Positions 1 through 13,177 are shown, numbered from the whole stretch's first letter. The stretch: 63,739 nt of DNA, filler included, from Octopus bimaculoides (GCF_001194135.2; 5 parts of 3 records of this genome joined end to end with filler, not necessarily neighbours in it); one strand, 5' to 3'. A program made the numbers and translations. Notes: a model not told the origin generated them from the sequence alone.

Positions 1-99
1 ACGAATTCCAACAGCCTAACCCACACGCCGTAACCCTCCTTGTAATTCTTCCGAAATGTTAAGTACCACGGATATAATTATTTTCATCTAACCAAACAC

Positions 100-360
100 C
101 ACCATCACCGCCACCACTATCACCGTCACCACCACTACCACTAGCACCACCACCGCCATCACCACTACCACCACCATCACCACCACCACCATCAATATCA
201 CCATCATCACCACCACTATTAACAGGATCAACATGATCACCATCACCACACCAACACCAACATCAATATCTTTACTTCTGATGCCTCATCCATCATCACA
301 TCAGCACCACAACCACTACGACAACCCCCGCCCTTACCAACACCGTGGGCAACAACACCT
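100..360. repeat. Degenerate (ACC/ATC)n trinucleotide repeat; a similar (GGT)n tract lies at about 44905-45125
   Basis: CACCACCATCAC-type units. Confidence 0.8.
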
Positions 361-529
361 CTATTAAAACAGCACCAACAAAACCTATCCTCTCATGACT
401 GGTTCGACTTTTAAGAATACGTTTCTGACCCACTAATACACATGCGGTATTTTAATGTGTACATGTGTGTGTGTGTGTGTAACCGTTTTGGTGATATGCT
501 TACCCTATTATCTTTATATATATATATAT

Positions 530-572
<43 letters not shown>

Positions 573-1439
573 CATACATACATACATACATACATACATA
601 CATACATACATACATAGATACATACATACATACATACATATATACATAANNNNNNNNNNNNNNNNNNNNNNNNNNNNNNNNNNNNNNNNNNNNNNNNNNN
701 NNNNNNNNNNNNNNNNNNNNNNNNNNNNNNNNNNNNNNNNNNNNNNNNNNNNNNNNNNNNNNNNNNNNNNNNNNNNNNNNNNNNNNNNNNNNNNNNNNNN
801 NNNNNNNNNNNNNNNNNNNNNNNNNNNNNNNNNNNNNNNNNNNNNNNNNNNNNNNNNNNNNNNNNNNNNNNNNNNNNNNNNNNNNNNNNNNNNNNNNNNN
901 NNNNNNNNNNNNNNNNNNNNNNNNNNNNNNNNNNNNNNNNNNNNNNNNNNNNNNNNNNNNNNNNNNNNNNNNNNNNNNNNNNNNNNNNNNNNNNNNNNNN
1001 NNNNNNNNNNNNNNNNNNNNNNNNNNNNNNNNNNNNNNNNNNNNNNNNNNNNNNNNNNNNNNNNNNNNNNNNNNNNNNNNNNNNNNNNNNNNNNNNNNNN
1101 NNNNNNNNNNNNNNNNNNNNNNNNNNNNNNNNNNNNNNNNNNNNNNNNNNNNNNNNNNNNNNNNNNNNNNNNNNNNNNNNNNNNNNNNNNNNNNNNNNNN
1201 NNNNNNNNNNNNNNNNNNNNNNNNNNNNNNNNNNNNNNNNNNNNNNNNNNNNNNNNNNNNNNNNNNNNNNNNNNNNNNNNNNNNNNNNNNNNNNNNNNNN
1301 NNNNNNNNNNNNNNNNNNNNNNNNNNNNNNNNNNNNNNNNNNNNNNNNNNNNNNNNNNNNNNNNNNNNNNNNNNNNNNNNNNNNNNNNNNNNNNNNNNNN
1401 NNNNNNNNNNNNNNNNNNNNNNNNNNNNNNNNNNNNNNN

Positions 1440-2538
1440 TGTAACCCTTTAAAATGGAAGATAAGAAAGTTCATTTTCGGCACTTGATGCTTTTCTTTTT
1501 CCGTAAAGGGAAAAATGCCTCACAAGCAACCAAAGAAATATGCGCAGTTTACGGTGATGTTTCTTTATCCGAAAGAACTGCATGGAAGAGGTTCGCAAGG
1601 TTCCGAGCTGGAGATTGTAGCCTTATTGATAAAGAGCGATCAGGCAGACCATCCACTACAGATGATGACCAAATTAAATCATTAAGTCATTGCACAACCC
1701 GAGAATTGGCAGAAAGCCTCAATCTATCAAAATCCGTCGTTCATAAGCACCTGGTAAATCTTGGGCACACAAATCGCTACGTTTGGGTACCACATGAGTT
1801 GAGTGAGAAGAACCTTTTGGATCGCATTTCTATCTGTGATTCGCTTTATAAACGGAATGAAAACGCGCCTTTTTTAAAGCAAATTGTGACAGGTGATAAG
1901 ACATGGATTATCTACCGAAATGTTCAGAGAAAGCGATCCTGGAGTAAGCAACATGAGCCACCCTTAGCCACCCCAAAAGCGGGTTTTCACCCTAAAAAAG
2001 TCTTGCTGTGTGTCTGGTGGAATTGGAAAGGAATTCTGTACTATGAGCTTCTCCCAAGTAATCAGACAATTAATTCTGAGAAATAATGCACACAACCGGA
2101 CGAGTTAAAAGCAGCAATTCAAGAGAAACGTCCAGAATTGGCCAACAGGAAGGGTGTTGTTTTCCAACATGATAATGCAAGACCGCACGTTTCTTTGAGA
2201 ACCAGATAAAAATTGCTGCAGCTCGGCTGGGATGTGTTACCCCACCCTCCATATTCACCAGATATTGCTCCTTCAGATTTCCACTTATTCAGGTCTGTGC
2301 AGAATAGTCTTAATGGTAACAATTAATTCCTTGGATGACGTAAAAAGATACCTTGATGAATTCTTTGCCATGAAACCACCTCAATTCTGGGAAGAGAGTA
2401 TTTTCAAGTTAAAGGAAAGATGGAGACGCATTGTGCAACAAAACGGTTCATATTTGGTTGATTAAAAATTTAATGGCAAGTATTTATTGAACTTTTTCTT
2501 TCCTTTAAAAATCGGCATGAACTTTCCGGACAACCCAA
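1440..2538 (+). mobile_element. Mariner (DD34D) DNA transposon, defective; left end lost in gap
   Basis: Transposase from ATG 1454 to TAA 2465 with WVPHEL, IVTGD, HDNARPH and [13 protein letters not shown] motifs; premature stops (first at 2084-2086) and a frameshift near 2320; right TIR ...ATGAACTTTCCGGACAACCCAA followed by TA. Confidence 0.93.
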
Positions 2539-2587
2539 TACTTACCACACAAGAAAGAGAGAGAACCAGACAAACAGACAGTGACAG

Positions 2588-2652
<65 letters not shown>

Positions 2653-3427
2653 TGCATAGACATACAATGCAAAAGGTTCGCCGGAAGGCGTGAGTCGTGT
2701 CCAAATGATTTGGTACGATGATGTTTTTTGCTTTTTTAGGAGGAAAATTTTCAATGTGTAGCAAGTCGAGCAACCGTATAGAGGGCATTTCACTCCTATG
2801 CTCGACGTGGTCGGCAACAACTTTCATAACTCCAGATAGGCTAATGTGAGAAGTCTGCGCACCATAAAGTTCACGTGTTTCAGAAAGGCAGCAGCGTAAC
2901 TTACATGAGCCTAAAGGACCTGTTACGCAACAAATGCAGCCTGCACACTTCGTCGGTATTATTAGCTGCCGGCTGTATTTGCTGCGTGACAAAGCATTCA
3001 CACATATGTAATCCACAATGGCTGGCTTTATAAAATACATATACATTATATAAAGCAGTAAATAAACTTTTCCACACGCACACACACACACACACACACA
3101 CATACACACACACACACACACACATACACATACACACACAAATGTATAGACACATATACATGCATACATACATATATACATATATGTATAAACCTTATAT
3201 GTGTGTATACATATGTGTGAGGAGGATTGCTAGAAACTAGCAGGACTAAAAACAAACCGTCAAAAGAACTGTTAAGCCCAGTGTATGTTCAACGATTACC
3301 AAGCAATAAGCATGGGCACTCAGAAATTCCGGGCTGGTGTCCGACATGCTTGAAAACTACTAGAGTGAGGCACCTCCAACTTTTGTCAAAGCATGTCTCG
3401 AGAGAGAGAGGGGGGGAGAGATAGAGC

Positions 3428-3942
3428 GAAAATTAATATAGACAGCAGTCTGCAATGTTTTACCAAAAAGGAAAACTATAATTGTCTCTAAATATGACTA
3501 GGATGTTAGAAACACCTACATGACTAGAAATAAAAGCTAAAATGCTCTAATGATGTAGTCAAAGCACATAATTGTATACATATATATAAACTGACAGAGA
3601 CCATAATCGCTCGAAAACACAGATCGACAATTCTTTATTCTGCTGGTCAGTTTCGGTAATTTCCGTTGCCTCATCAGTAAGGATGGCTCGACTTCGGCAG
3701 ATACCCGACTTAATTCTCCGTCAATATATTTTTTTTTCATCATAAAAGTCTATGGATGATTTAGCGAATCGTTAATGTGTATACAGAAAATTAATGTAGT
3801 CAGCAATCTATCATGTTTTACCAAAAAGGAAAACTATAATTGTCTCTAAACATGACTAAGGTGTTAGAAACATCTATATTGCTAAAAATAAGAGCTAAAA
3901 TGCTTTAATGCTGTAGTCAAAGCACATAATTGTATACATATA
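3428..3942 (+). repeat. Diverged direct repeat of about 157 bp (3428-3584 and 3786-3942)
   Basis: Shared ATGTTTTACCAAAAAGGAAAACTATAATTGTCTCTAAA and GTAGTCAAAGCACATAATTGTATACATATA. Confidence 0.8.
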
Positions 3943-3951
3943 CACTATACA

Positions 3952-3984
<33 letters not shown>

Positions 3985-4482
3985 CTGTGTGCGTGCGTGC
4001 ATATATATATAAACCTGAGTCTCACTCGTCATATTCGGGTAACGAAGTTGTATACTTTTACCACTATGAGTGGCAAAATTTGGCTTATATACAATAATTA
4101 CACTTAAACTTTTATCATATTTGCTGTTCTCTTTGCCTTCTTTTTCTTTCCTGTGCTACTCTCCGTTGCTTTTTTTTTGCCTAGTTTCTTCCACTTTGTA
4201 GTTTCACGAAGCATTTAACTGAAAAAAAAATCTTTAAACATACACTTGAGTGACGTTTGTTTTATTTGATTATGTGATCCAAGCATTGTAAATGTGATAT
4301 GCTCGCTTAGAGACGGTATATAGCTGAATAGAGTCGTCATTGTTAACAAAACAATAATTTCTTTTAAATGAAAAAGAAAACCAAATTTTGAAAAAAAAAG
4401 GATAAAATGTTTACTGGTGTTATTTCGATGAGTGAGAAATTTTACGTTTTATTACTAGTACTAGTACCACTACTACTTTCAG

Positions 4483-5300
4483 ATCAACCCTGTCACCTAG
4501 GAAATGCAAGCACAGGCCCGCCTTGCCTGATGTAACTGCACCAACAGAAATGCCACCTTCTACGAACAGAATAGGATCGCAGGAGCACAAAGAGAACGTG
4601 TGCCCGCGCAAGTCCAGAGCCAAATCTTTGTCTTCATTCTCTGCAGACCAATCTCCCCCCACCCTCTAATAATTGCCATCTCTTTTCTCTCTGTCTCAAC
4701 TTCCCATAGTTGTATAGACATTATCCTTAAATTTTGACACCTACTCACAAACCCAACAACTGATCGCCCTTCGATTACCACCCATCTCGCTCATCGCTCA
4801 ACTCTGCACCTCTACTGCTACTTCCCTAACACCCACATTATTTACCCTCTCCCTCTTCTTGAACTGACTCTCTCAACTCCCCTCACCCTTCCCTGCCTCA
4901 ACACGCCCCGCGACCCCACCGAGTCTCCTCTAATATTGCTTGCTCTCCACATTTAAACATTCCACCTTTAAACTTCTCGGCATTATGATCTGAAATGTAA
5001 GATCTCTTCTACCCTGATGCATATTGTGGAAAACTACATCTGGCAACATTATGATGGATCTCCGAGCCCCCAGAAACAGCTGTTGGATTTATAACATCTT
5101 ACCTCTTCCTCTTTAATTTTCTCTGTCGTTTGTACTCTGTATGAATCTAATAATATAATTATCTATATATTGCAGCGTGGAAGGTGTTTATAAGCCATTT
5201 AAAATAACACACTTCAACACTTAAATTTAATTTGTCAAAATATTTTCGTCGCTTTGAGACCGCGACCTGTTCACTGACAAGATTATGTGCTGCATCTGAG
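4483..5300. mobile_element. Probable Penelope-like element remnant
   Basis: C-rich degenerate tract with a minus-strand hammerhead-like motif (5232-5280) and a more decayed plus-strand motif TGATG..GAAACAGCTGTT (about 5051-5085); no intact RT or GIY-YIG motif seen. Confidence 0.35.
5232..5280 (-). ncRNA. Minimal type I hammerhead-ribozyme-like motif, G3-C8 core variant
   Basis: TTGTCA-GTGAACA-G-GTCGC-GGTCTCAAA-GCGAC-GAAA-ATAT-T-T-TGACAA: 6-bp helix I, 5-bp helix II, palindromic helix III (AATATT). Confidence 0.55.
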
Positions 5301-5483
5301 AAATATCTATATATTTATATTTAGATATTCATCGTCTGAAAGTCTTTGCTTTCTCTAGTTTTGCATGTATACATATATATTTTGCATATGAAACCCAAGC
5401 TGTTATATATAATTTATTTATCAGCATAATTGTCTCCATATCTGCTCAACTTGATTCCTCTTATAACCACTCTTTACTCCGTG

Positions 5484-5735
5484 ACGGCGAATGGCTTAGT
5501 GGTTAGGGTGTTGGACTCATGATCGTGAAATTGTGATTTCGAGTCCTGGACCGAGTGATGTGTTGTTTTCTTGAGCAAAACACTTTATTTCACGTTGTTC
5601 CAGTCCACTCAGCTGGCAAAAAGGAGTAATCCCGGGACGGACCAACGTCACGTCCAGGTGGGGAATTTATACGCAATGGAAACCGGGAAACTGGCCCTTA
5701 TGAGTCGGCATGAATCGAGAATGTAACTAACTCTT
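5484..5735 (+). mobile_element. tRNA-derived SINE (TTGAGCAAGACACTTTATTTCAC core family)
   Basis: A box TGGCTTAGTGG, B-box-like TTTCGAGTCC, core CTTGAGCAAAACACTTTATTTCAC. Confidence 0.7.
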
Positions 5736-5881
5736 TACCCCGTGGTATTGGTCTCTCGTAAAGACACCGGAGTCTAAGTTCGACTCATTTGAGTGTTATA
5801 AAGTGTTTCCTATACTGAGAATCTCTAGACCTCATCTATTGTGTGTGCGTGTGTGTGTATGTGCGTGTGTGTGTTGTAATG

Positions 5882-6126
5882 TGTTACGTACAATAAATAA
5901 GATGACCAGACAACAGTAAAAAAAATGAAACGAACTAACAATCAATATTGTTTACGAAACAACAATCAATATTGCTTGTGAATTAACCAATCGACACTTT
6001 CCGACTTCACTGCGAACTAACACGAACTTCACTCGACTCCGAACTCTGAACCTCGAACTCACTCGGATCGTTACTATTCATACTTTACTTGGACCAGTCT
6101 ATCTCTCGCCAGGGGGCGTCGTAACT
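5882..6126. mobile_element. Possible solo LTR
   Basis: 245 bp bounded by TGTTACG...CGTAAC(t), with short internal CGAACT-type repeats; no TSD seen. Confidence 0.3.
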
Positions 6127-6399
6127 CTCATCATAATATAACAACTGTTATATATATATATATATATTTTAATAATAATATATGTTCCTATAAGAACGAC
6201 TAAATGTAATATTAACAATTGTCTGAAAGAAGATGGACCGACCCTTTGGAAATTGAACACGATATGTAAGCATTGTTTAGATTTATATTTAAATTTATAT
6301 TTTGGAGCATACATTATTGTGAAAAAATAATATATAATTACAGCTATTATAAAAAGACCTAAGTAGTCGCTCTTTTCCGTAATGTACAACCTTCGGGTT

Positions 6400-6731
<332 letters not shown>

Positions 6732-7470
6732 GTATGGATGTATGATGTATGATTAAAAAGCTCGATTCCCAGCTACATGTTTTTGGATTCAGTCACATTG
6801 TGTGGCACTTTTGACAAGTACTTTCTACTGTCCTCCTGTCCTGACGAAAGTTTTTGCGAGTGGATTTGGTAGACGGAAACTGATAGTCCATCTGAAGTTT
6901 ATCGTGTATGTGTATGGGTGATGTGTCTATGTTTGATTGTGTTTGTGTTTATCTTTGTTTTCATATCATGTGAGAGTTGTAAGCGAACGTCACCGTGAGG
7001 CAGGCGGTGTCATTCGTTTCCCTTCTTCCGTAAAAACATGACCGGCCATGATCAAGGGAAATTACCTTACTTGTAGGTTAGTGACAGGAAAGGTATCCTA
7101 TTGTAGAAAATCCAACCCAATGAATTCCGTGTGATCTCTGATGCAAGGGTGGAGAAGTGGACGTTAAAACAGTAATGATGATGGTTACGATGATGATACA
7201 TACATTAAAATATGTATGAATGTTTGTATGTATGTATGTATGTATGTATGTATGTATGTATGTATGTATGTATGTATAGGAGAGCGGATGGCTGGCTGAT
7301 ATATATGTATGTATGTCAGTTGTCTTAAGAATTGTTTCCGCTTTTATCGATGAATGCTTTTAAGTAGACTTTCCTGTGTGGTATTTGAATGTTTTCCACA
7401 GAATAGATTTCATATCCATTCTCTCGATTGACTGCATTCTTTGTTCATTATATGTATAGTTTATGGACGT

Positions 7471-7857
7471 GGAGGCGCAATGGCCCAGTGGTTAGGGCAG
7501 CGGACTCGCGGTCATAGGATCGCGGTTTCGATTCCCAGACTGGGCGTGGTGAGTGCTTATTGAGCGAAAACGCCTAAAGCTCCACGAGGCTCCGGCAGGG
7601 GATGGTGGCGGACCCTGCTGTACTCTTTCACCACAACTTTCTCTCACTCTTACTTCCTGTTTCTGTTGTGCCTGTAATTCAAAGGGTCAGCCTTGTCATA
7701 CTATGTCACGCTGAATCTCCCCGAGAACTACGTTAAGGGTACACGTGTCTGTGGAGTGCTCAGCCACTTGCACGTTAATTTCACGAGCAGGCTGTTCCGT
7801 TGATCGGATCAACTGGAACCCTCGACGTCGAAAGCGACGGAGTGCCAACAACAAAAA
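7471..7857 (+). mobile_element. Apparently full-length tRNA-derived SINE
   Basis: A box TGGCCCAGTGG, B box GGTTTCGATTCC, CAA/A-rich tail, exact 8-bp TSD ATGGACGT (7463-7470 and 7858-7865). Confidence 0.85.
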
Positions 7858-8808
7858 ATGGACGTAAAAAGTTATCAACGCGTGGGAGAGATTGCATTTG
7901 GTTTTTGTTGATGTGCTAGTTAGAAAATATAAAAAGTGCTCAATATAACTTTATATCGGAAGTGAGTTGAATTTTATGTATTTTAATTTATTGAAATAAG
8001 CAGGGAATACATAACCTGAAACAGAGATTGCAGTCGATCGGTCGACCGTTTTACGTCATCTACTCCGAAAAGTGCTCTCATACCCAACACTAATTTGTAC
8101 TGAACACTTTTATGTCTTTGTTTAAGAACATAAAAAAATATACTTGTGTATGTAGGTATGCATGTATATGTGTGATAGACCTATACAACGCTGGATTAAC
8201 CATTGAGCAAAATAAGAACGTGCTCAGGTCATCATGGGATGTGGGGCACAAAAGAAATCACTTTAAACTTGCTAAAACAATATTCGAAGTGGTTTATATG
8301 ATAGAAAATATAATTTCGTAATGTTCATTGAGTCACGGTGAGGATCTGATCCAAGACTTTGCAATTAAACAAGTAGCAGAAAATTTTTCAAATGTAAAGT
8401 GGAAGTTTACATAAATAAACATTATTTTCCATCTTACTCCTAGTTTCGCTTCGTTTTCAAAAAGAAAACAAAATTCATTTCATGGCTTATTATTATTATG
8501 TATATTTTGAATTACATATACATGGGGACACCGAAATTATTAAGTACTAACGGCCTGTATGGGTCTTAATCTGGCCCTGGACCTATAAGTATGCATATCA
8601 GCATGAGTGTATGTATAGATTTATAAAAAAATACATACATACATACATATGATCCCTCTGATTAAGACCGTTTATAAAGGAGAATATCATCCCCTCGCAA
8701 AATGAAGCAGGATTGGAAATTTTAATTTGAAATTAAGGAATACGAGGAAGAAGATAAAGAAATATAGTTCATATGTTGAATTTCTATTTTTTTATTTTAT
8801 CTTTATCC

Positions 8809-8850
<42 letters not shown>

Positions 8851-8919
8851 TTATCTATCTATCTATCTGTCTGTCTATCTGTCTAGCTTTCGATCGATCG
8901 ATCGATTGAGCGATTGAGC

Positions 8920-9019
<100 letters not shown>

Positions 9020-9192
9020 TGGCTGTATGGTAAGTAGCTTTCGCAAGTGTCTTCTGCTATAACTTCGGGCCGACCAAGTCCTTGCGAGTGGCTTTCGTGG
9101 GCGGAAACTGAAATAAGCTTGTCGTCTTCGAAACGTCTAGATAGAATAGAGACAGCTGATGAAGGGATATTCCAAGGGGCTTTCCGTTTTCC

Positions 9193-9316
9193 TATGTGTT
9201 CGTTCCGTTGTCTGTAGTTTATTGTTCTAACGTCCTGTACCCTGATATGCATGTATATACACATGTAGATGTAAGTATGTACATATATGTGTGTATACAT
9301 GTATATATATTCTTTG

Positions 9317-9350
<34 letters not shown>

Positions 9351-9476
9351 CAAAGAATATATATACATGTATACACACATATATGTACATACTTACATCT
9401 ACATGTGTATATATATATGCATATCAGGGTACAGGACGTTAGAACAATGAACTACAGACAACGGAACGAACACATA
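9193..9476. repeat. Near-perfect 284-bp palindrome centred on (AT)n
   Basis: TATGTGTTCGTTCCGTTGTCTGTAG...TTCTTTGTATTA-(TA)n-TAATACAAAGAA...CTACAGACAACGGAACGAACACATA. Confidence 0.9.
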
Positions 9477-9748
9477 TATACATATGTATGTATGCATTCG
9501 CGCGTGCGTATGTGTGTGTGTGTATGCTTGTTTATCTGTGTGTCCCCCATCACCGCTTGACAACTGGTGTTGATTTGTTTATGTGCCTGCGTCGGATCGG
9601 ATCGGCAAAAGAGACCGATAGAATAAGTACGAGGCTTAAAAAATGTACAAAGGTTGATAGTACTAACGTTGGTATGACTGAACCTTTGAAGGTGGAGCCA
9701 CATTATAACCACAATCCAATGACTGAAATAAATTCAAGTTGTGTGCGT

Positions 9749-9797
<49 letters not shown>

Positions 9798-11860
9798 CGC
9801 GTGTGTTTGGGTGTATATGTATGTGGTTACGTGTATTCTAATGCATATACATATGCACACACAAAAACGCATACGACCGCGCACGCACATATACGCATCC
9901 AGACTTTATATACTGCTGGGTCTCTCGTATATATAACATAGAAAGTTGAATAACGAAGATTATTCAAGAATTAATGAACTGGTATTCCTGCTAGGCGTGT
10001 TTAATATTAAAAAGAAAACAGTTAGGGAAGGGATATAACTCCAGTGTGTTCAACTGATTGACACACTTTGGATTATTTAACTAAGAACAAAACGACAGTT
10101 TGCTTATGTAATGCGGCCGTGGCGCCGCAACTTTTCTAGATTACTGCAGTCATCTGGAGAACGACATGTGGTGGTCACGGATCGGGAGCCTTTAATAATC
10201 GATCTAATATACGCGAACATGCGCACACGCGCAACGTAGACAAGGTAAAGCAAGGTAACACGCGAACATGCGCAACGTGCACAAACACACATACACACAT
10301 ACACGAACACACATAAACACTAAACTAAATTATCTGTGGAGCATTAGTACATATACATACACTCACAAATACGTACGTTTATACATACATACGTATATAC
10401 ATACGTATATATATATGTGTGTGTATATGTATGTATATATATATATGTGTATGTATATATATGTATGTATATATATATATATATATGTATATATATGTAT
10501 ATATATGTATATATATATACATATACATATATATACAAATATATATATGGGAGAATATACAAATAATAACAACAGACGAGGACAGGTGGTGTAAATAACA
10601 AAAGTATATATTAGTATGACGCTCGGGAATACGATGTATATATATATATATACANNNNNNNNNNNNNNNNNNNNNNNNNNNNNNNNNNNNNNNNNNNNNN
10701 NNNNNNNNNNNNNNNNNNNNNNNNNNNNNNNNNNNNNNNNNNNNNNNNNNNNNNNNNNNNNNNNNNNNNNNNNNNNNNNNNNNNNNNNNNNNNNNNNNNN
10801 NNNNNNNNNNNNNNNNNNNNNNNNNNNNNNNNNNNNNNNNNNNNNNNNNNNNNNNNNNNNNNNNNNNNNNNNNNNNNNNNNNNNNNNNNNNNNNNNNNNN
10901 NNNNNNNNNNNNNNNNNNNNNNNNNNNNNNNNNNNNNNNNNNNNNNNNNNNNNNNNNNNNNNNNNNNNNNNNNNNNNNNNNNNNNNNNNNNNNNNNNNNN
11001 NNNNNNNATATATGATGGACTCTCCCGTATGAACGTTCAGCTTTTTGTTGAATAACATGCACAAATATGTGGACATGATCCACATATGGCACAATATTTG
11101 TTACGTTTTTAGTCCCCCCCCCCAAGATCACAGATAGAACCTGTTTTTTATATTGTGTCCACGTACAAGCATTTTATCTCCCTATATTTTTATATATATT
11201 TTTTACATATTTATATATATATATTTATATATTTTTCTTGCTTTGCATATTTTTACATATTTTTTCTGTATATTACCTTTCACCCTGCATTTTTGTGCAT
11301 GTGCGTATATAGATGTGTATATGAACATAATTGTGCGCGTATGGGTATATATACGTGTGTGTGTGTGTGTGTGTGTGTGTGCGGGTATGTATATGTGTAC
11401 ATGTGTATGATTGCATATATATGTATACATATAGGTGTGTGGAGGTGTGCATGAGTGAGCATATGCATATATGCACATGTATGTGGGTATGCGTGCGCGA
11501 AAGTGTATGTATATGCATGTGCGCATACGCGAATTCTATGAACATTTTTTACTTTCTACCCTTTCGGGTTTTTAACGGTCATTCTAATAGCTGTTATGTT
11601 TGTCTTAATAACGGTCATCTTCATAGTAATTTCCTTTTGTTTAACGGTCATTTTCATAGCATTTTTGTTTGTCTTAATAACTGACGAGGTGCCGGAGCAG
11701 ATTTCCGCCCCAACATCCGAAACTTGGAGTTTTATTATGGCAACCGAATAATTGTCATATATATTATAGATACCTAGGCCAAGTATCTTTTGCTATTGCC
11801 TCGGGTCGACAAAACATTTGTGTGTGAATTTGGTAGACGGAAACTGAAAGAAGCCTGTCG

Positions 11861-11894
<34 letters not shown>

Positions 11895-13177
11895 NNNNNN
11901 NNNNNNNNNNNNNNNNNNNNNNNNNNNNNNNNNNNNNNNNNNNNNNNNNNNNNNNNNNNNNNNNNNNNNNNNNNNNNNNNNNNNNNNNNNNNNNNNNNNN
12001 NNNNNNNNNNNNNNNNNNNNNNNNNNNNNNNNNNNNNNNNNNNNNNNNNNNNNNNNNNNNNNNNNNNNNNNNNNNNNNNNNNNNNNNNNNNNNNNNNNNN
12101 NNNNNNNNNNNNNNNNNNNNNNNNNNNNNNNNNNNNNNNNNNNNNNNNNNNNNNNNNNNNNNNNNNNNNNNNNNNNNNNNNNNNNNNNNNNNNNNNNNNN
12201 NNNNNNNNNNNNNNNNNNNNNNNNNNNNNNNNNNNNNNNNNNNNNNNNNNNNNNNNNNNNNNNNNNNNNNNNNNNNNNNNNNNNNNNNNNNNNNNNNNNN
12301 NNNNNNNNNNNNNNNNNNNNNNNNNNNNNNNNNNNNNNNNNNNNNNNNNNNNNNNNNNNNNNNNNNNNNNNNNNNNNNNNNNNNNNNNNNNNNNNNNNNN
12401 NNNNNNNNNNNNNNNNNNNNNNNNNNNNNNNNNNNNNNNNNNNNNNNNNNNNNNNNNNNNNNNNNNNNNNNNNNNNNNNNNNNNNNNNNNNNNNNNNNNN
12501 NNNNNNNNNNNNNNNNNNNNNNNNNNNNNNNNNNNNNNNNNNNNNNNNNNNNNNNNNNNNNNNNNNNNNNNNNNNNNNNNNNNNNNNNNNNNNNNNNNNN
12601 NNNNNNNNNNNNNNNNNNNNNNNNNNNNNNNNNNNNNNNNNNNNNNNNNNNNNNNNNNNNNNNNNNNNNNNNNNNNNNNNNNNNNNNNNNNNNNNNNNNN
12701 NNNNNNNNNNNNNNNNNNNNNNNNNNNNNNNNNNNNNNNNNNNNNNNNNNNNNNNNNNNNNNNNNNNNNNNNNNNNNNNNNNNCGTGTGTGTGTGTGTGT
12801 GTGCGTGTGTGTGTGTGTGTGTGTGTGCGTGTGTGTGTGTGTGTGTGTGAATTTACCTACAATTTTATGAATAGCAGCAAAGAATATACTAATGGTGTGT
12901 CTTTTCAGGGAGACAGATATAATCATAAACACACAGATTGTAAATTCAACTTCATACGCACACGCATGCGCGCACACATAAATATACATATATACATCTG
13001 TAAAGATGTGTGTGTGAGTGTTGTGCGCGCGCGCGTGCGTCCCAGCCAATACATGTATACATTATCATACATATAGACACATACACATACACTATATTAA
13101 TTTGTATGTATATATACATACATACACACGCATCATGCACGCACATGTATATGTATGTGTGTGTATATATATATTAT

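Noticed and set aside
4483-4670. Plus-strand terminal-exon candidate (STLSPRKCKHRP...PPTL*)
   Set aside because: It has an acceptor but no upstream partner exon, and lies in a tract better explained as a degenerate retroelement.
7471-7545. SINE heads (also 5484, 13178, 33985, 49600-49680) as tRNA genes
   Set aside because: A and B boxes are present but there is no complete cloverleaf, and they continue into repeat bodies.
9128-9190. CTTCGAAACGTC...CAGCTGATGAAGG (also 18853-18895) as a permuted hammerhead
   Set aside because: Both core halves are present but helix I does not pair and helix II is at most 3 bp; kept only as context for the palindrome.
11570-11685. Three AACGGTCAT-containing units of about 35-40 bp resembling a repeat-spacer array
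   Set aside because: The units are degenerate copies of each other with no unique spacers, no cas genes and a eukaryotic context; it is a small minisatellite, not CRISPR.
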